Source: Octopus vulgaris
Taxonomy: Eukaryota
Reading direction: 5' to 3'
NCBI GenBank assembly: GCA_951406725.2
Contig: OX597826.1
Span: 29,822,001-29,886,000 of the forward strand
DNA length: 64,000 nucleotides
The number at the start of each line of letters is the position of its first letter. Position 1 is the stretch's first letter. Made by a program: the position numbers and the translations under genes. The notes beneath the pieces were generated by a model. That model did not search any database. It was not told where the DNA came from and saw only the letters and a list, made by a program, of their open reading frames with translations. This document shows positions 13,384 to 29,379 of this stretch, one piece after another.

Positions 13384-14307
13384 ATACCTCCCGAACGCCG
13401 CTATTCTTCCCTAAGAGTGTGTGTGTGTATAATATATATATAAAATCCGTTCTGTCTGTCTGTTTGTGCGCTTATAACTTGAGTATTGTTCATCCAATCG
13501 CACTGAAATTTTAAACATGGATACATGTTCCGTAATCTAATTAGATTTTCGAAATTGTTAGTTTCAAAGTGAGAATTGCTATTTTTGTAATCTTTTTGTC
13601 CTGTTTGTTCCGCCATTAAAAGCAACGACTTGCTCAGACAGCCGACACATACCATTTCGCTGGTAACAAGGGGAGTACAGGATTACAGTCGGCCAAAACC
13701 GTCGCTATGCTGTCTCTCTTCTTTCCTCTCTCTGTCTCTCTTATGATGTCCGATTCCTCTTGAAGTTGTATATATATTGATAAGAAACAGTAAAAAGTAA
13801 CCACCACATACAATCACGAAACATCTCCACTACTTAATACCGTCCAAGGTAACCCTCTTCACCTTTACAGCTGACACGAAAAACTACAAGGAAAAAGCAA
13901 CCATTAAAAAAAAAGGAAAAAATGATTGCTATTAAAACGTAAAATTTTGGGGTTTCTAATCTTAATGTTTAGATACAGTTTCTCATTCAAACTACATAAT
14001 AGGCAGAATTGTCGGATTAAGACCGTACGGTGTTTTGAGGGAGATTTGGCTGCTATTTCTACCAGATCTAATTACCATGTAGAGGTCTCCCTCATTGGAT
14101 CATACATACATATACACATAAAATCGAAATAAAATACTTAAAGCAACAGGCGTCAAAGGCAAAAGCCAAGGTCCATGCAGTGTCATGGGCCCCCCAAAAA
14201 CCTCTTGCCTAATGCAAGCCCTGAGCAATATCTTATCTCTTACACTATTTCAGTATTACGTCTCTACTGTAATGTGAGATAATACTTTCAGTTTGAAAGA
14301 AGACTTT

Positions 14308-14344
<37 letters not shown>

Positions 14345-15106
14345 CTTATGCATTCTAAAACCATATTCATATGCATTTACATATCCATACACGCACACAC
14401 ACACCTGTGTATGTGTGTGTGTGTGTGTGTGAATATGTATGTGTCAATATTGATAAAAATCTAACTAGTTTTGTTTTTCCCGATACCTAGTTTGCTGTCG
14501 TCACACCAAGACAATTTAAGTTTCTATGAGGAATTGCCAGATCTTATAAAGTTCTTTGACGCTGGATTTTGATGGGTTTGTTATTATAATTTGAACGTCT
14601 TTACAGAAAATGGAAATGGAAACTTCACGGAAATAAAATGAAAGAAACAAGACAACAAACTATTTCAGATATTTAATGATTTTATTTGATTTCTAGAAAG
14701 CCAGAAGGAGAATTCTTTAACGCTCGACGCCTTAATGTTCAAAAAATAACAATTAGGAACTAAGATAAACTTTAAAGAAAAAAACCCCTTATATTTTGTA
14801 GTTTTATAATAACATAAATTGTAGTATTTTAAAGTTTGACGTAACACACACGCACGCACAAACGCAAACACACGCATACACACACACACACACACAAACT
14901 CGCAAATTAATTTGCAAGGCGTTTCTTCGATATAAAAATAAAAATAGTTTTTAATCGATTCCTTATTTAGTTCTGGTGATTCCTGTTTTTATAGCTGTTA
15001 CATATGAACGCGTTGCAACTTATATTGATCGACATTGAGGATGCTGGTACTGAATGTATATATATATATATGTATAGGGTAGCGAATATATATATATGTA
15101 TGTATG

Positions 15107-15188
<82 letters not shown>

Positions 15189-15814
15189 TATGTACATACA
15201 TATACATATATACATATTTACACATATATATATACATATATATACATATGTATATATATGTGTATAGATATATATATATACATATATATACATACATACA
15301 CATATATATATGTATGTATACACACACACACACACACACACACATATATGCATGCGAGGGACTGCTTAAAGGTCCCTGGCTTTGGGTAAAAGAAAATACC
15401 GCAGTATCAGTTAGCTATGATTTTATTCATCGTATTCCCCTCTCAGATTCACACACTGGTTAGGATCCCAGGCATGGGTTAAATAACATGAATTACCGAG
15501 AGTAAAGAACACCTGGTTTTCGTTAGAACATCTTTCAAGGAGAAGGTAAACCCGTAACGTAAATTTGAAGAGCAGTTGGTTTCTGGTCAACTCAACCCCT
15601 GCTGTGCCACTGGTTTTCTAGGTGATTGTAATGAAATGTGGGTTCATTGCTGTGCAAAACTTTATCCACTCAAAACAAATTCACGCACAAGAACTTCCTA
15701 GACTCTTGGAATGTTCGTATAGACATACAGAGTTAATGAAGTTGTTTTACTCGGTCACAAATCGACATGCATCACATAGATGTGTGTGTGTGTGTCTCTG
15801 TGTGTATATACCCC

Positions 15815-15863
<49 letters not shown>

Positions 15864-15887
15864 CACACATATATATACATGTATGTG

Positions 15888-16235
15888 ACACCTTGGGTAA
15901 GTGTCTTCTTCTATAGCCTCGGGCTGACCAAAGCTTTGTGAGTGGATTTGGTAGACGGAAACTGAAAGAAGCCCGTCGTATATATGTGTAAATATATATA
16001 TGTATGTGTGTGTATATGTTTGTGTGTCTGTGTTTGTCCGCCCAACATTGCTTGACAACCGATGCTGGTGTGTTTACGTCCCTGTAACTTAGAGGTTCGG
16101 CAAAACAACCGATGGAATAAGTACTAGGCTTACAAAGAATAAGTCCTGGGGTCGATTTGCTCGACTAAAGTCGGTGCTTCAGCATGGCTGAAGTCAAATG
16201 ACTGAAACAAGTGAAAGAGTAAAAGAGAGTAAAAA
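15888..16235 (+). mobile_element. SINE family B (CORE-like; tail ...GGTGCTCCAGCATGGCC...CAGTC...GACTGAAAC), head missing
   Basis: Copies also at about 18550-18918(-), 28120-28556(-), 37441-37800(+), 37824-37945(+), 44670-44885(-), 50858-51070(+), 53595-53800(+), 54560-55135(-) and 58155-58305(+). Confidence 0.85.
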
Positions 16236-16270
<35 letters not shown>

Positions 16271-16450
16271 GAAGGTGTGTGTGTACGTGTGTTTGTTTGT
16301 ATGCGTATATGAATATCCATGTATTTGTACATGAATATATATATGTATGTATACACTCAAATATATCATTATATATTCACACATACGCATGCACATGCGC
16401 ACACACGAACACATACACACATACATATATTCAGTAATATAATGTGATTT

Positions 16451-16481
<31 letters not shown>

Positions 16482-16512
16482 ATGTATATATGCATATATG
16501 TATGCATATATG

Positions 16513-16570
<58 letters not shown>

Positions 16571-17293
16571 CATACGATTATACATATATGCATATGCGCA
16601 CACATGCACATACATATGCATAAATATGTGCACATATAATCGCATGTTTATATATAAACATAGTCATTAGAGAGTTAGAGAGTCAAGCAGGTTATAGTTA
16701 CGCGCACACGCTTATGCGTATACGAGAATAGAATAAGATAGGGCATATATGCCTGTTTATACAGAGTACGTCTGTTTATATGTATCCGTAAATATATGTG
16801 AATGCGCGCATATGCATATACGAGTGTGTGTATATATTGATGCAACACTCAACAGAAATTTTCTGTTGATTGAAAGAAGCAATGAGTCATTATGGTAAAT
16901 TTGGCGATATAATTATAGTTTGCAGTGCCTGGTTCGTTTCAAGTCCGCTTTAGTTTTCTGGATTTAGATACTAAAATAACATTTATATTGCGTTCATTGT
17001 GTTATCGGGAAGAAATAGCGAATTTCATGTGTTTCATGCGATTTTCTTCTAAGAACCCCAGCTTGTTAACAATACCGTGATGATGGAATTTGCTTATTAT
17101 TTGCAACAGATATATATTTTAGTGTCAGTGGAGTTATAATCAAATACTCTCTGCACCACTCTTTCTCCAGTCTCTCTGTCTCTTTTTCTCCCTCTCTCTC
17201 CCGCTCTCCCTCTCTCATACATACAAATAACATGAACATGCTGACTGCACGCATGCATACATACATATATACATACGTACACACATGCATGCA

Positions 17294-17324
<31 letters not shown>

Positions 17325-17397
17325 CTAGATACATATTTATACTACATAGACACGCACACAAACACCTGCCCGCCAATGAAATATGTGTGTATGTATG

Positions 17398-17473
<76 letters not shown>

Positions 17474-17617
17474 CATATATACACATGCATACATGCATAT
17501 ATACATATATATGTATGTATGTATGTATATATATATATATATATATATATACATGCATACATACATATATACGTACATATATATATATAAATATATACAG
17601 ATGCATACATACATGTA

Positions 17618-17681
<64 letters not shown>

Positions 17682-17685
17682 CATA

Positions 17686-17739
<54 letters not shown>

Positions 17740-18071
17740 CATACATACATGTATGTATGTATTACGTGTACATACGTATATATACATATATGGAGTCATA
17801 TGTGTGCATGTATGAGCATGTGTTTGCGTGCTTTAGCGGGGGAGGGGAAACATGAGAGAGAAAGTGAGAGAGAGAGAGAGAGAGAGAGAGGAGGGGAGAG
17901 AAAGAGATAAATCAAAGATGACGGAAACGAATAAATTGCCAAGCTGATTTCTTCAGATGAATCATGAAAATTCATATCTCCGCAATTACACATCCAACGT
18001 CTACACACATATACACGCGCAGGCAACTACTCACCATTCTGTCTAAGTATGTATGTATGTATGTATGTATG

Positions 18072-18105
<34 letters not shown>

Positions 18106-18356
18106 TCTATCTATCTATCTATCTATCTATCATCTCTGTCTGTCTGTCTATCTATATATCTATCTATCTATCTGTCTGTTTGCCTGTCTGTCTGTGTGTC
18201 TGTCTTCGAGAGCGAGAGGTGGGGAGACGTGCCTCGCAGTAGCAATTTGCAGAAACGGCACAAATATATTAATTTTACATTTGCTGCTTATGGCCATGCA
18301 AACATGGAGAGCACAATCGATAGCAAAGTGAACTTCTGTATGAATGTAAAACAAAG

Positions 18357-18395
<39 letters not shown>

Positions 18396-18549
18396 TCATT
18401 GATTCACATAAGCAAATATATATGCGTTTGTGCATACACATCCACATCCATACACACACACACACACACACATATATGCATATATATTTATATATATATA
18501 TATATGCAGCATTCTATCTATTTATCTATCTATCTACCTATCTATCTAT

Positions 18550-18916
18550 ATTCTTTTACTCTTTTATTTATTTCAGGCATTTGACTGTGGCCATGCAGGA
18601 GCACCGCCTTTAGTCGAGCAAATCGACTCCAGGATTTATTCTTTGTAAGCCTAGTACTTATTCTATAGGTCTCTTTCGCCGAGCCGCTAAATAACAGGGG
18701 CGTAAACATACCAACACCGGTTGTCAAGTAATGGTGAGGCTCAATCACAGACACACAAACACACACATACATTTATAGATAATTACGTCGTGCTTCGTTC
18801 AGGTTTCGCCTACCGAACCTACTCACAAGGCTTTGGCCTGCCCAAAGGGCCACACAGTGCAACTGAACCCAGAACCATGTGGTTGGGAAGGAAGCTTCTT
18901 GCCGCACAGCCACTCC

Positions 18917-18918
<2 letters not shown>
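18550..18918 (-). mobile_element. SINE family B copy
   Basis: Head GGAGTGGCTGTGCGGCAAGAAGCTTCC...GGTTCAGTT on the minus strand, plus the family tail. Confidence 0.8.
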
Positions 18919-18970
<52 letters not shown>

Positions 18971-19632
18971 TATATACACATATATATATACACATATATA
19001 TATATATACATATACACATACATTCACATATACATACATATATATAAATATATATATATATATATACATACATACATATTTATATACATACCTACACATA
19101 TACATACATACATATATACATACATACATTGATTTTATCCTTTGTTATTATATATGTATATATATATCTTTGTTGGAAACTGGCTCCCTCCTCAGTGAAA
19201 GATTTATAATAATTAAAAGAAATACAGATATATATATGTATATATATATATATATATATAGTAATACTAAGCAATAAAGGGTTTAGCAACGAATTGCCTT
19301 ACCACAGACCGAATTTAGAAATAGCAGTCAAAGAGTTATAGCTATTTCTTCTACTAAAAAGGGAGATCTCAGTAAAAAACACAGCAATTGGAAGGCAGAC
19401 ACAAACAGGTAAGAGAGAATGAATTGACGGCAATCTATCATACAATTTTAAGTTATCTACGGACGCACGTTTCGAAATCAAGTTTTTAGGAAAGCATAAG
19501 AATTAAATATTAAATAATTCTACGTTACCCAAACTTCTTTTCTCTTCAGCGTAGAATACTATAATCATAAATGATTATATATTGAATTTTGAGATACTAG
19601 AAGGCACCAACTCAACTCAGTATCAGAGCGAG

Positions 19633-19678
<46 letters not shown>

Positions 19679-19727
19679 TATATACATATGTATACCTATA
19701 TATGAAAACATACATACACACACATAC

Positions 19728-19940
19728 AAGTAGGTGCTGAAAATTCCTGGCTTTAAGGGTACTACGAAAGGACTGGTTGGATGTCCAGCCTTCCGTTTTT
19801 TATAGGGCTTAGAGAAACTGAAGGACGGCTGCAATAAATGAGTGAATCTGAGAGAGGAGTATGTTGAATAAAATCATGATTAACTGATTCTACTGCCTTT
19901 TATTTTACCCAAATCCAGGGACATTTAAGCACCCCCTCGC

Positions 19941-19941
<1 letters not shown>
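19728..19941 (+). mobile_element. Mariner-derived MITE (partial inverted copy at 15354-15457)
   Basis: Imperfect TIRs GGTGCTGAAAATTCCTGG / CCAGGGACATTTAAGCACC. The interior retains a mariner-like C-terminal end (EYVE*). Confidence 0.65.
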
Positions 19942-19975
<34 letters not shown>

Positions 19976-20102
19976 ATCCAAACAAGAAAGCACAAAAAAA
20001 CACAACAACGCGAGGACGTGGAACAAATATAGTATTATTGGACGCTCAGGAGAGAAGGAAAGATCCAGAGAAGGGAAGACAGAGGGAAAAAAATCGCCAA
20101 CG

Positions 20103-20193
<91 letters not shown>

Positions 20194-20669
20194 CTTTTTG
20201 AATCCGAACAGTTATAAGTTACGACTAGGTGTAAAATAAAACTAAAATTTATATTTTCTATTTAGGATACTTTTAATCAGTTCTTTTACATACAAACATT
20301 TACCTAACTATATACACATACAAGCTTAAACACATGCATACATACACACACACACGCATACATGCACACACACACTCACAAACATACAAAAATGCATATA
20401 TATAAATATATGTATATATACTTACATATAAATATGTGTGTACGTGGAACAGTAAAATAATATTGCAAGAATTTTCTATCAAGTTTAAGATGTAACATTA
20501 TTTTCATTATCTACTTTCCAACGATAGAGTTTTGTATCTTAGCTAGAAACTAACTCCTTCCTCTGAGGAAGAACTTAAATGATTAAAAATAGAAGAGAAC
20601 ATACATACATACACACATACATACATACATACATACATACATACATACATACATACATACATACATACA

Positions 20670-20700
<31 letters not shown>

Positions 20701-21844
20701 TCATGTATCTGAACGCATATACGCACGCACGTTAACTGCTGTGTGTGGATCAATATTTACTTCTTATCACTTCCGAACAAACGAGAAGCTATCGGATTGA
20801 GGCCTGAAGAAAGAAATTTCATTTAAAACTTGAAATATCTGATTCTAATCAATGTGTAAGCTGTGTTGTCTTAGGAGTTGGAAGAAAATAAAAAAGCGTA
20901 AACCTAACACCGAATGCATAGCGTTCAGTCTGTATCTTTGATAGTTGTGAGCATCCAGTGAATCTCAGAGATTTATATCTTAGCACGGCTTAGGAAAAAC
21001 AAATGTTTTGCTTGAAAACTGGAAAAAAGCAGTGTGCATAACCTTAATTTGTAGTCATTGTTGCTATATAATACGAAATCAGCTCTAACCGAGCGGGACT
21101 ATGATCGAAGACATTCTAACCATGACAATCCCATCATATTGTGTATCAAGGCCAATATTATTTAACGTGCTCTGTTCTTTGGAAGTACCGTGGTTCAGCG
21201 GGTAAGGTTTTGTGTTCACGACCATAAGCTTGTTAGTTCGATTCTTGGATGCACTGAATGCAACGTATTTTCTTTTCTTTTCTTTTGATCCAGTCTACTT
21301 GGCTGTAAATGAGTATCAACTGAGTGAGATATCTACATGAGAACTCAGCTGATGCAGATATCTCTTTCAATAGTTTTCGTATCCTGAATGTTCCACTTAT
21401 TCAGGGGCTGGAAGTTCCAAGAGGTTATTTGCGTCTGCATACGACTTCATAGCAAATGGCAGATGCAACTGAGGAAATATTCTGAAACACAATGTACTTT
21501 TGATCTCTAAGTTCCTGTTTGTGACATATTGATTTCTATAGTTACCACATGGCTTGTCTTAATGTAGTGTTTCTAGATCTAGACTGATACAGAATTCAGA
21601 TAATCATGTTAATCATTTCGTAATGACTATTTTCCAGCATACAGGTTCTTCATCGGATACTACCAACATAAAGATGAAGGTGATTCACACAGCTATCTAT
21701 AACTAATAACTAATTACATTGAACGAGCCATCAATTATACCTATATGCAGTAGATAGGCCCACCATAAACAAACGGCAGCCAAATCTCCTTCAAAACAAA
21801 GGGAAAACGAAGGGAAAAATACATGGGACGTTGTTGTTCTAGAT

Positions 21845-22248
21845 CAGTGGTTCTTTACCATTTTTTGTAGCACCTCTTTTTAAGTAGTTGTTAAAGCTTA
21901 GCACCGGCCCAAGTGGCAAGTGAGGTATCATGACTAAACTAGCTTAGCATGGATGATAATTTAGAAATTTTACTCTAAAAATGGATTGTATGAGCTTTTT
22001 GCAGTGAAATGATAAAAAATAAAAATAAATAAAAAACAAGTTGTAAATTTACTTTGTACATTGCAAGTTAATGACTTCGCTGTGCCTAATGAGATCTCAT
22101 TTTATTTTAATAACCACTACTAGATTAATCATACATAATATAATATAATTACTACAACAGGTAAAATTTAGTATGTTAATTATGTTGCCTCACCGCCCCC
22201 AAAAGTCTAACGCCCCCCTTCGACATGCCCACACGTTGAACACCTCTA
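21845..22248. mobile_element. hAT (Charlie-like) non-autonomous element
   Basis: Starts CAGTGGTTCT. Flanking 8-mers ttctagat (21837-44) and ttctagtt (22249-56) match the NTCTAGAN target preference. Confidence 0.6.
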
Positions 22249-22989
22249 TTCTAGTTGTATAAAACATATTAGATGGCCATGGTAGGAAATCTTTTGAGGG
22301 TGGGGTTGGTCAATAAAGACTGACCTTGGGCTAAACATCAGTAACAACAACGAGCAACACAAGATATAAATGCCGAATACTTTTACTATAAAATTCAATA
22401 TTAATTAGTTTCCTAGTCGTGTGGTGCTTACAGTAACGTTGTTTCTTACAATGATGTGCTACCATATATTTGAAAGGCTAAATTTGAAGAAGGGCAAAGG
22501 TGAAGGTTAAAAATCATTGAGATAATTAAAATCATAAACCACTTGGAACTATTGAGAGACATTCGGACACCTGCGTTTAAATAATTATAACAATTCTATA
22601 AAGTTTGCTCCTCAACCTCATTCTGTTTGTTTACCCCTCTCGCTATCACATTTCCTCTGTCTCCACATTGACACATGCGCGCGCACGCACACATTATACA
22701 CACACACATTAATATATATATATGTACATATATATTTATAAATATATGCAGTGTTTCAAAATAATATATATACACACATCGAGTAATTATAATTTCAGTG
22801 CTTATCAAAATACGTCTAAGTTATAAATTTAAAAGAATCCACTGACAGGGTTTAGTCTTCTATGGACCCCTGTTTAAAAACCGATGACTGTTCTAGTCCA
22901 GGCACAGCTGAAAACGCGAGGCAATGGAATCGCAAACTCCACGGAACATTTCATCTCGTATTTGTGCGCATCCTCATTTAATGGCTACC

Positions 22990-23480
22990 CTCAATTTGAC
23001 GAGAGTTTTGCAGCGTGAACTTTATTTTTTAAGTATTCTCATTAAAAGAAATCGCGGAAGGTTATTCTTCGTCCAATCTCTTCAAAGTAAGCAGTTACAT
23101 TAAAATGGTAGTGTGAAGTGCTCCATTTTTCTTGAAATAAAACTCCACATCTTCAATGAATGGTTTAGCATGGCAGATCGTTGCAGTAAATTCAAATAAG
23201 TAGAAACAGTCACAATACCGTTAGAAAAGAATGGTCCAGTTAATCCTTTTGACGATAAGCTGCACCATACCGTTACTTGTAGTAAATTAACATGACTTCC
23301 TCCGTAATATGTGCATTCTCAGGTACACAGGTGGTGCCGCTGTGGATGTTAATCGAGCCGTTTAACTTAAATAAAGCTTCATCACTCCAAACAATCTTTG
23401 TGGGTAAGTGTGAGTTTATTTCATATTCCTCTATCACTTTTATATCTCTCATATATTTCTCATTAAAATTAAGAGTCACT
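22990..23480 (-). pseudogene. Decayed Tc1/Tc3-like transposase catalytic fragment
   Basis: [17 protein letters not shown], then [17 protein letters not shown] in a shifted frame. Confidence 0.75.
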
Positions 23481-23490
23481 AGAAAATTAT

Positions 23491-24010
23491 CCCTCCATCC
23501 ATCCCTCCATCCATCCACCCGTCCGTCTGTCCGTCCATCTACCCATCCATCCATCCATCCATCCGTTCACTCATCCATCCACCCACCTATCCACCCACCC
23601 ATCCATCCGTCCGTCCGTCCGTCCACCAATCCATCCATCCTCCCATCAATCTAATCACCCTTCCATCCATCCATCCATCCATCCATCCATCCATCCATCC
23701 ATCCCGTCCGTCCGTCCGTCCGTCCGTCCATCCATCCATCCATCCATCCATCCATTCACCTATCCATCCACCCACCCATCTATACGTCCGTTCGTCCGTC
23801 CGTCAGTCCACCTATCCATCCATCCTCCCATCCATCCATCCATCCATCCATCCATCCATCCATCCACCCACCCATCCATCCATCCATCCATCCATCCATC
23901 CATCCATCCATCCACCCACCCATCCATCCATCCATCCATCCATCCATCCATCCACCCGTCCGTCCCTCCGTCCGTCCATCCATCCATCCATCTATCCATC
24001 CACCCAACCA
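23491..24010. repeat. (CCAT)n/(CCGT)n microsatellite
   Basis: Directly visible. Confidence 0.95.
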
Positions 24011-24391
24011 CTCACCAAGATACTAACCTGTTAGTAACTGCACAGAAAATTAGCGAACTGCGTTTATTTGCTTTTATGCAATTCTACAACACTTCTTGTA
24101 TTTTTGTAGCATTAAATACCTTGAAATGTTACACAATATTATTGTATTTCTCTGCCAGAAAAAGAGGGTTATAACTTTGATCTTTAAGTTTAAGGAATTG
24201 CAGTTTTCGATTACAAACCAGCTTATTGATCTATTACCATTTTCATTCTCTTTCAAGTCTCAAAGTCTCACATGTATTAAAAGAGAGAGGTGGAATTTCT
24301 TGTGCTTCAATATCCGAAAATTAACGATGTGTATGTATGCATGTATGTATGTATGTATGTATGTATGTATGTATGTATGTATGTATGTATG

Positions 24392-24425
<34 letters not shown>

Positions 24426-24426
<1 letters not shown>

Positions 24427-25051
24427 TAGCAGTATCGCCCGGCGTTGCTCGGGTTTGTAAGGGAAATAACTATATAAGCATTTTTAGAGAGTTATAGCCA
24501 AAAAATGCATTAAAAATGGAAAAAATATGATGGTAAATTTTTTTTAAATCGTTGACTCATCGTAGACATTTTTAGAGAGTTACTTCCCTTATATAATAGC
24601 GAAAAAATGCATTAAAATGGAAAAAAAACGATGGTAAATTTTTTTTTAAATCGTAGACTCATGTAGACGCTTTCTTAGCCATTTCTGTTTTGGTGTCTTC
24701 AAGCCATGAAGTCGTTGTTCTAAAAGAACACTGGTCTCCTTGACAACGCATTACGACGTTGATTTCCTTACACTCCCTTCCCCACAGGTGCAGGTGTGAG
24801 CGTGGACGCCAACTCCGCCGCCATCGACACACGAAAAATTATGCATTAAAATGGAATAAAAAATGATGGTAAATTATTTTTAAAATCGTCGACTCATCGT
24901 AGACGCGCGCTAAAATTCAGACGGGCTCGATATGAATCACGACTATAAGCTACCCGAATTTGGTTAAACTGTACCGCAAAATGTGGGAGTAGTTAGGAAT
25001 CTAAATCGAAGGGGACAGACACTCACACAACTACAGTTTTATATATATAGA
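24426..25051 (-). mobile_element. Non-autonomous Helitron
   Basis: Minus strand reads A|TC...hairpin CCCGAGCAACGCCGGG...CTAG|T. Same family as 45386-45780. Confidence 0.85.
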
Positions 25052-25055
25052 TATA

Positions 25056-25430
25056 CATAGCGCAGTAGTGGTGAGATATGACAGCAAAGAAAAGCATACA
25101 TTCACTCTCTGCATGCAATTAGACTCGGAAAGTTCGTGAGGAACCCATTGACCCAATTTGCTGACTTTTCCGATAGCACACAGGTGTCAATGAATGGTTG
25201 AATGACCAAATCCAAGCTTCTCTGCTAGTTCCTCAACAGTTACGATGATATTTTGTTCCACCAGGGTTTTCAGGATGTCCTTGTCGAGTTCTACAGATCT
25301 TTCAGGATGAGGCTCGTCTTCTAGGCTGTAGTTTATGGCTCGGGATTTCTGGAACCACCATTGACACTGCCTTACGCTTATTGTCCAATCCCCATATACT
25401 GCATAAATATTTCTTGTACTTTGCACACAT
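25056..25430 (-). pseudogene. Decayed mariner transposase N-terminal fragment
   Basis: NIYAVYGD...VRQCQWWFQK...SLEDEPHPERSVELD...TVEELAEKLGFGHSTIH. Confidence 0.85.
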
Positions 25431-25709
25431 TTATATTCTGTTATTCTTTTATATGTTTCAGCCTTGAGGTTGTGGCCATGCTGGATCATGTGTGTGTGTG
25501 TCTATCTGTCTGTCTGTCTGTATGTATATATGTATATGTATGTGGGTGAACAATAATATTTTCAACAGATGTGTTGCAAATGTATCTGATTGTTCTCAAG
25601 CTTCAATACTGTGTGTGTGTGTATGTGTGTGTGTGTATGTATGTATGTATATGTATGTATGTATGTATATGTATGTATGTATGTGTGTATGTATGTGTGT
25701 GTGTATGTA

Positions 25710-25742
<33 letters not shown>

Positions 25743-25839
25743 ATGTATGTATGAGTGTATGTTTACTTTATTACTAATTACTCTCTTCCAAGAACATTTT
25801 CACTCACTCTTAGCTCTTAGCTTCCCATACATTTTACTC

Positions 25840-26173
25840 ATGTATCTATCATCGTCATAGACAGAATACTTTCACTTTAGTCTTCCTCAAATCACTGTCT
25901 ATTTACTTTCATTTTATTCGTTGCCCACTGTGTGTGTGCGTTTGCGTGTGGTGTAAACCAGACTAAGAAAAGCATTTGACACACACACCAGAATGTGAGT
26001 TTTCTGTAAATTTTGCTTAATTGGAGTTTAAATTTTAAAAACTGGACCTGGCATGACGCGATGCATTGTACTCTCAAAAATGCTAGGTAAATTGTAATTG
26101 AAGAAATCCTATATTGTAGATTTGTATAACTCCCAAAGGGAGGCAGATAAAATCTGCCTTTTATAATAAGAGA
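25840..26173 (-). mobile_element. Helitron-like 5' fragment, second copy at about 43848-44200 (+)
   Basis: Both copies start A|TCTCTTATTATAAAAGGCAGATTTTATCTGCCT and are highly similar over about 270 nt. No 3' CTAG end was found. Confidence 0.6.
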
Positions 26174-26484
26174 TATATATATATATACGCATGTAATCGT
26201 TAAATAACACCTCTGATATATCTGACAAGTATACTTAAGATAGTTTTCACGTTTCTCTCATTCTTTCATCAAACATCGTAACTTACACCAACCACAAGGC
26301 TTAATGCCAATCGACAGAAAAAGAATTCACCACCACAGCGTTCCCCGAACGACAACAACAGCAACAACAATAATAACAACAACAACAACAACAACAGTAG
26401 CAAAAAGAGAACAAGCATTGCAAGACCAGCAATGCTATATATATATATATACATACATATATATATATACATACATATATATAT

Positions 26485-26517
<33 letters not shown>

Positions 26518-26532
26518 CATACATATATATAT

Positions 26533-26579
<47 letters not shown>

Positions 26580-26599
26580 CATACATATATATATGTATG

Positions 26600-26631
<32 letters not shown>

Positions 26632-26700
26632 CATATACATACATATATATATGTATGTATATATATATACATATATATGTATATACATATATGTGTATAC

Positions 26701-26750
<50 letters not shown>

Positions 26751-27061
26751 AGAGAGAGAGAGAGAGAGTGAGGAGTGATAGGTACATCTATATATACAAA
26801 AAGTATCAAAGATATCTGGGGATTTACACAAGATGTTGCAGTTAAACTGAGAGCTAATTTAACAAATAATGATTTCACTATTATATTCCAGCCCCAACAT
26901 CATATTGCACTTAATTCGAGTCGGTGCGATTCTTCGCCACCCACCTGCCTGCCCCGAAACCTCCAAGACGTTGCAGAAAATGTGTTATAGTGAGTCGTCC
27001 AAATATCTTGTCATCAAGATCGTAAGACTATTTTTGCGTTTGAGCGACGTATTCCGAAATA

Positions 27062-27137
<76 letters not shown>

Positions 27138-27513
27138 CACACACACACACACACGCACACACACACAAACACATGTATGTATGTATATGTTTTACTGTGT
27201 ATGTATGTGTGTGCATGTTTGTATATGTAAATACATGTATATATACGCTCACACACACTCATATATATATATCTGTATGTATGTATGTATGTATATGTGT
27301 GTGTGTATGTGTGTGTGACCGTGTGTGACTGTTCGCGCGTCTGTGTCTGTGTGTGTATACCTTCACAAATATTATTACGTATATACATAGCTGTATGTGT
27401 ATACAAGCATATGTACATGCTTGTATACATACATATATGCATATATATATGTATGTATATATATATATATATGTATGTATGTATGTATGTATTTATGTAT
27501 GTATGTATGTATG

Positions 27514-27619
<106 letters not shown>

Positions 27620-28341
27620 AAATAGCCACACATACACATATTTGAAGGTGATTAATGCTGATTATTTAGATTCGATAATATTGATCCAAGAAATTCGAAG
27701 GAGCCATACGTCTGTCGTATTAGTTACACGTTAGCATTTTCTCAAAGATATTGTCGGCACCAAATCAAGTCTCAGAGCAGAACAGAGAAACATTGGCGTC
27801 TTTTTCACAAGTCTTTTATTTGATTATTAGTAATGCTTGATTAATAAAGTAACATTTGAATTTAAACTGAACTGGCTCTACATCGCTATATCAGTACGCC
27901 TGTAATTCGTCATGTACATTATAGTAGGTGCACATGCCTCACACCTATATATTCATACACGCACACACACACACACGCATACTCGCATGCGTGTGTGTAT
28001 GTGTGTGTGTTTGTGTGATTCTGTCATTATATACTTTTGTACTTTGAAATATGTGTACATTTATGCAAATGTGAGTGAGTATGCATGTATTCTTTTGTTC
28101 TATTACACTTGTTTCTTTTAGTCGAACAAATCGACGCCACGACTTTTTAAAATTTAAGCCTGTTATTTATTCTGTCGATTTCTCTTTGCCGAACCGCTAA
28201 TTTACAGGGACGTAAACACATCAACACAGGTTGTGAAGCGGTGGTGGGAGACAAACATAAAGACACACACACATAGATATATACATACACACACAAGCGA
28301 TGGTGGTGGTGGCGGTGGTGGTGAGGGGTCAAACACAGACA

Positions 28342-28403
<62 letters not shown>

Positions 28404-28586
28404 ACGACAGGCTTCTTTCTGTTTCCATCGGCCAAATTCACTCACAAGGCTTTGGTCGGCTCGACGCTAAAGTAGAAGACACTTGCTCAAGGTGCCACAC
28501 AGTGGGACTGAACCTGGAACCATGTGGTTGAAAAGCTACCGTCATACCACACAGCCATATACGTATATGTGTGTATATATATATAT

Positions 28587-28772
28587 AGTAAATCCCAAAA
28601 AGAACAAGCACAACAACGTGAGGACGTGGTACATGTAAAGTATTAGCAAACGCTCAGGGAAGGAAAGAAAGATGGTAACGTTTCGAGCAGATTTTCTTCT
28701 TCGGAAATAGAGGAAAGTCCAATAGAAGGGAAGACGGAGGATGAAAATCGCCACCGATTCGCATGTGGTTAC
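28587..28772 (-). mobile_element. PLE pseudo-LTR-like fragment with degenerate HHR-like motif; related copy at 19970-20105 lacks the motif
   Basis: Minus strand CCGAAGA-agaaaatctgctc-GAAA-cgTT. Both copies share CACAACAACG.GAGGACGTGG and sit between microsatellites. Confidence 0.5.
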
Positions 28773-29167
28773 ACACACACACACACATATATAAATACAC
28801 ACATATATATCGTTGCTATTATGCAAAATTGCCGTAAGTTCAAAACGTTGCTTTTTCAGGGAACGAAAAAATAGTTTCACAATTCCTTAGCAAAACTGTT
28901 GCACTATACTTTGAAAATTTCTGATATCTTGGCATCTGAAGCGCAGCTGGAGATACGATTGTTTGACCAAAAGAATTGCCTGTTGCAAGCAAAAATAAAT
29001 ATTGAAAAAAAACTGCATTTGGCTAAATTTGGACAGACGATAGTTTAACATATTAGCAACGATATATATATATATATATATATATTGTTGAATGTGTAGA
29101 ATGTAATAAAAGGAATTCTGTACAATCTTCGTTCAACTCCTTTTCTTCCATTCACTAATATATATAC

Positions 29168-29205
<38 letters not shown>

Positions 29206-29379
29206 ATATATACATACGTGTGTGTGTACATACAAGTAAGCACATAGGTGCAAAACTATATATAAGAATAGACTCGCACACTACCATATACATACACGTA
29301 TAAACACAATCTTCTTTACACACACAAGCACATACATATATTTGCATATATAAACATGTATGGGTGTGTGTGTATATAT

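Noticed and set aside
21468-21502. CTGAGGA...GAAACACAATGTA hammerhead-like string
   Set aside because: Stems I and II do not pair; likely chance.
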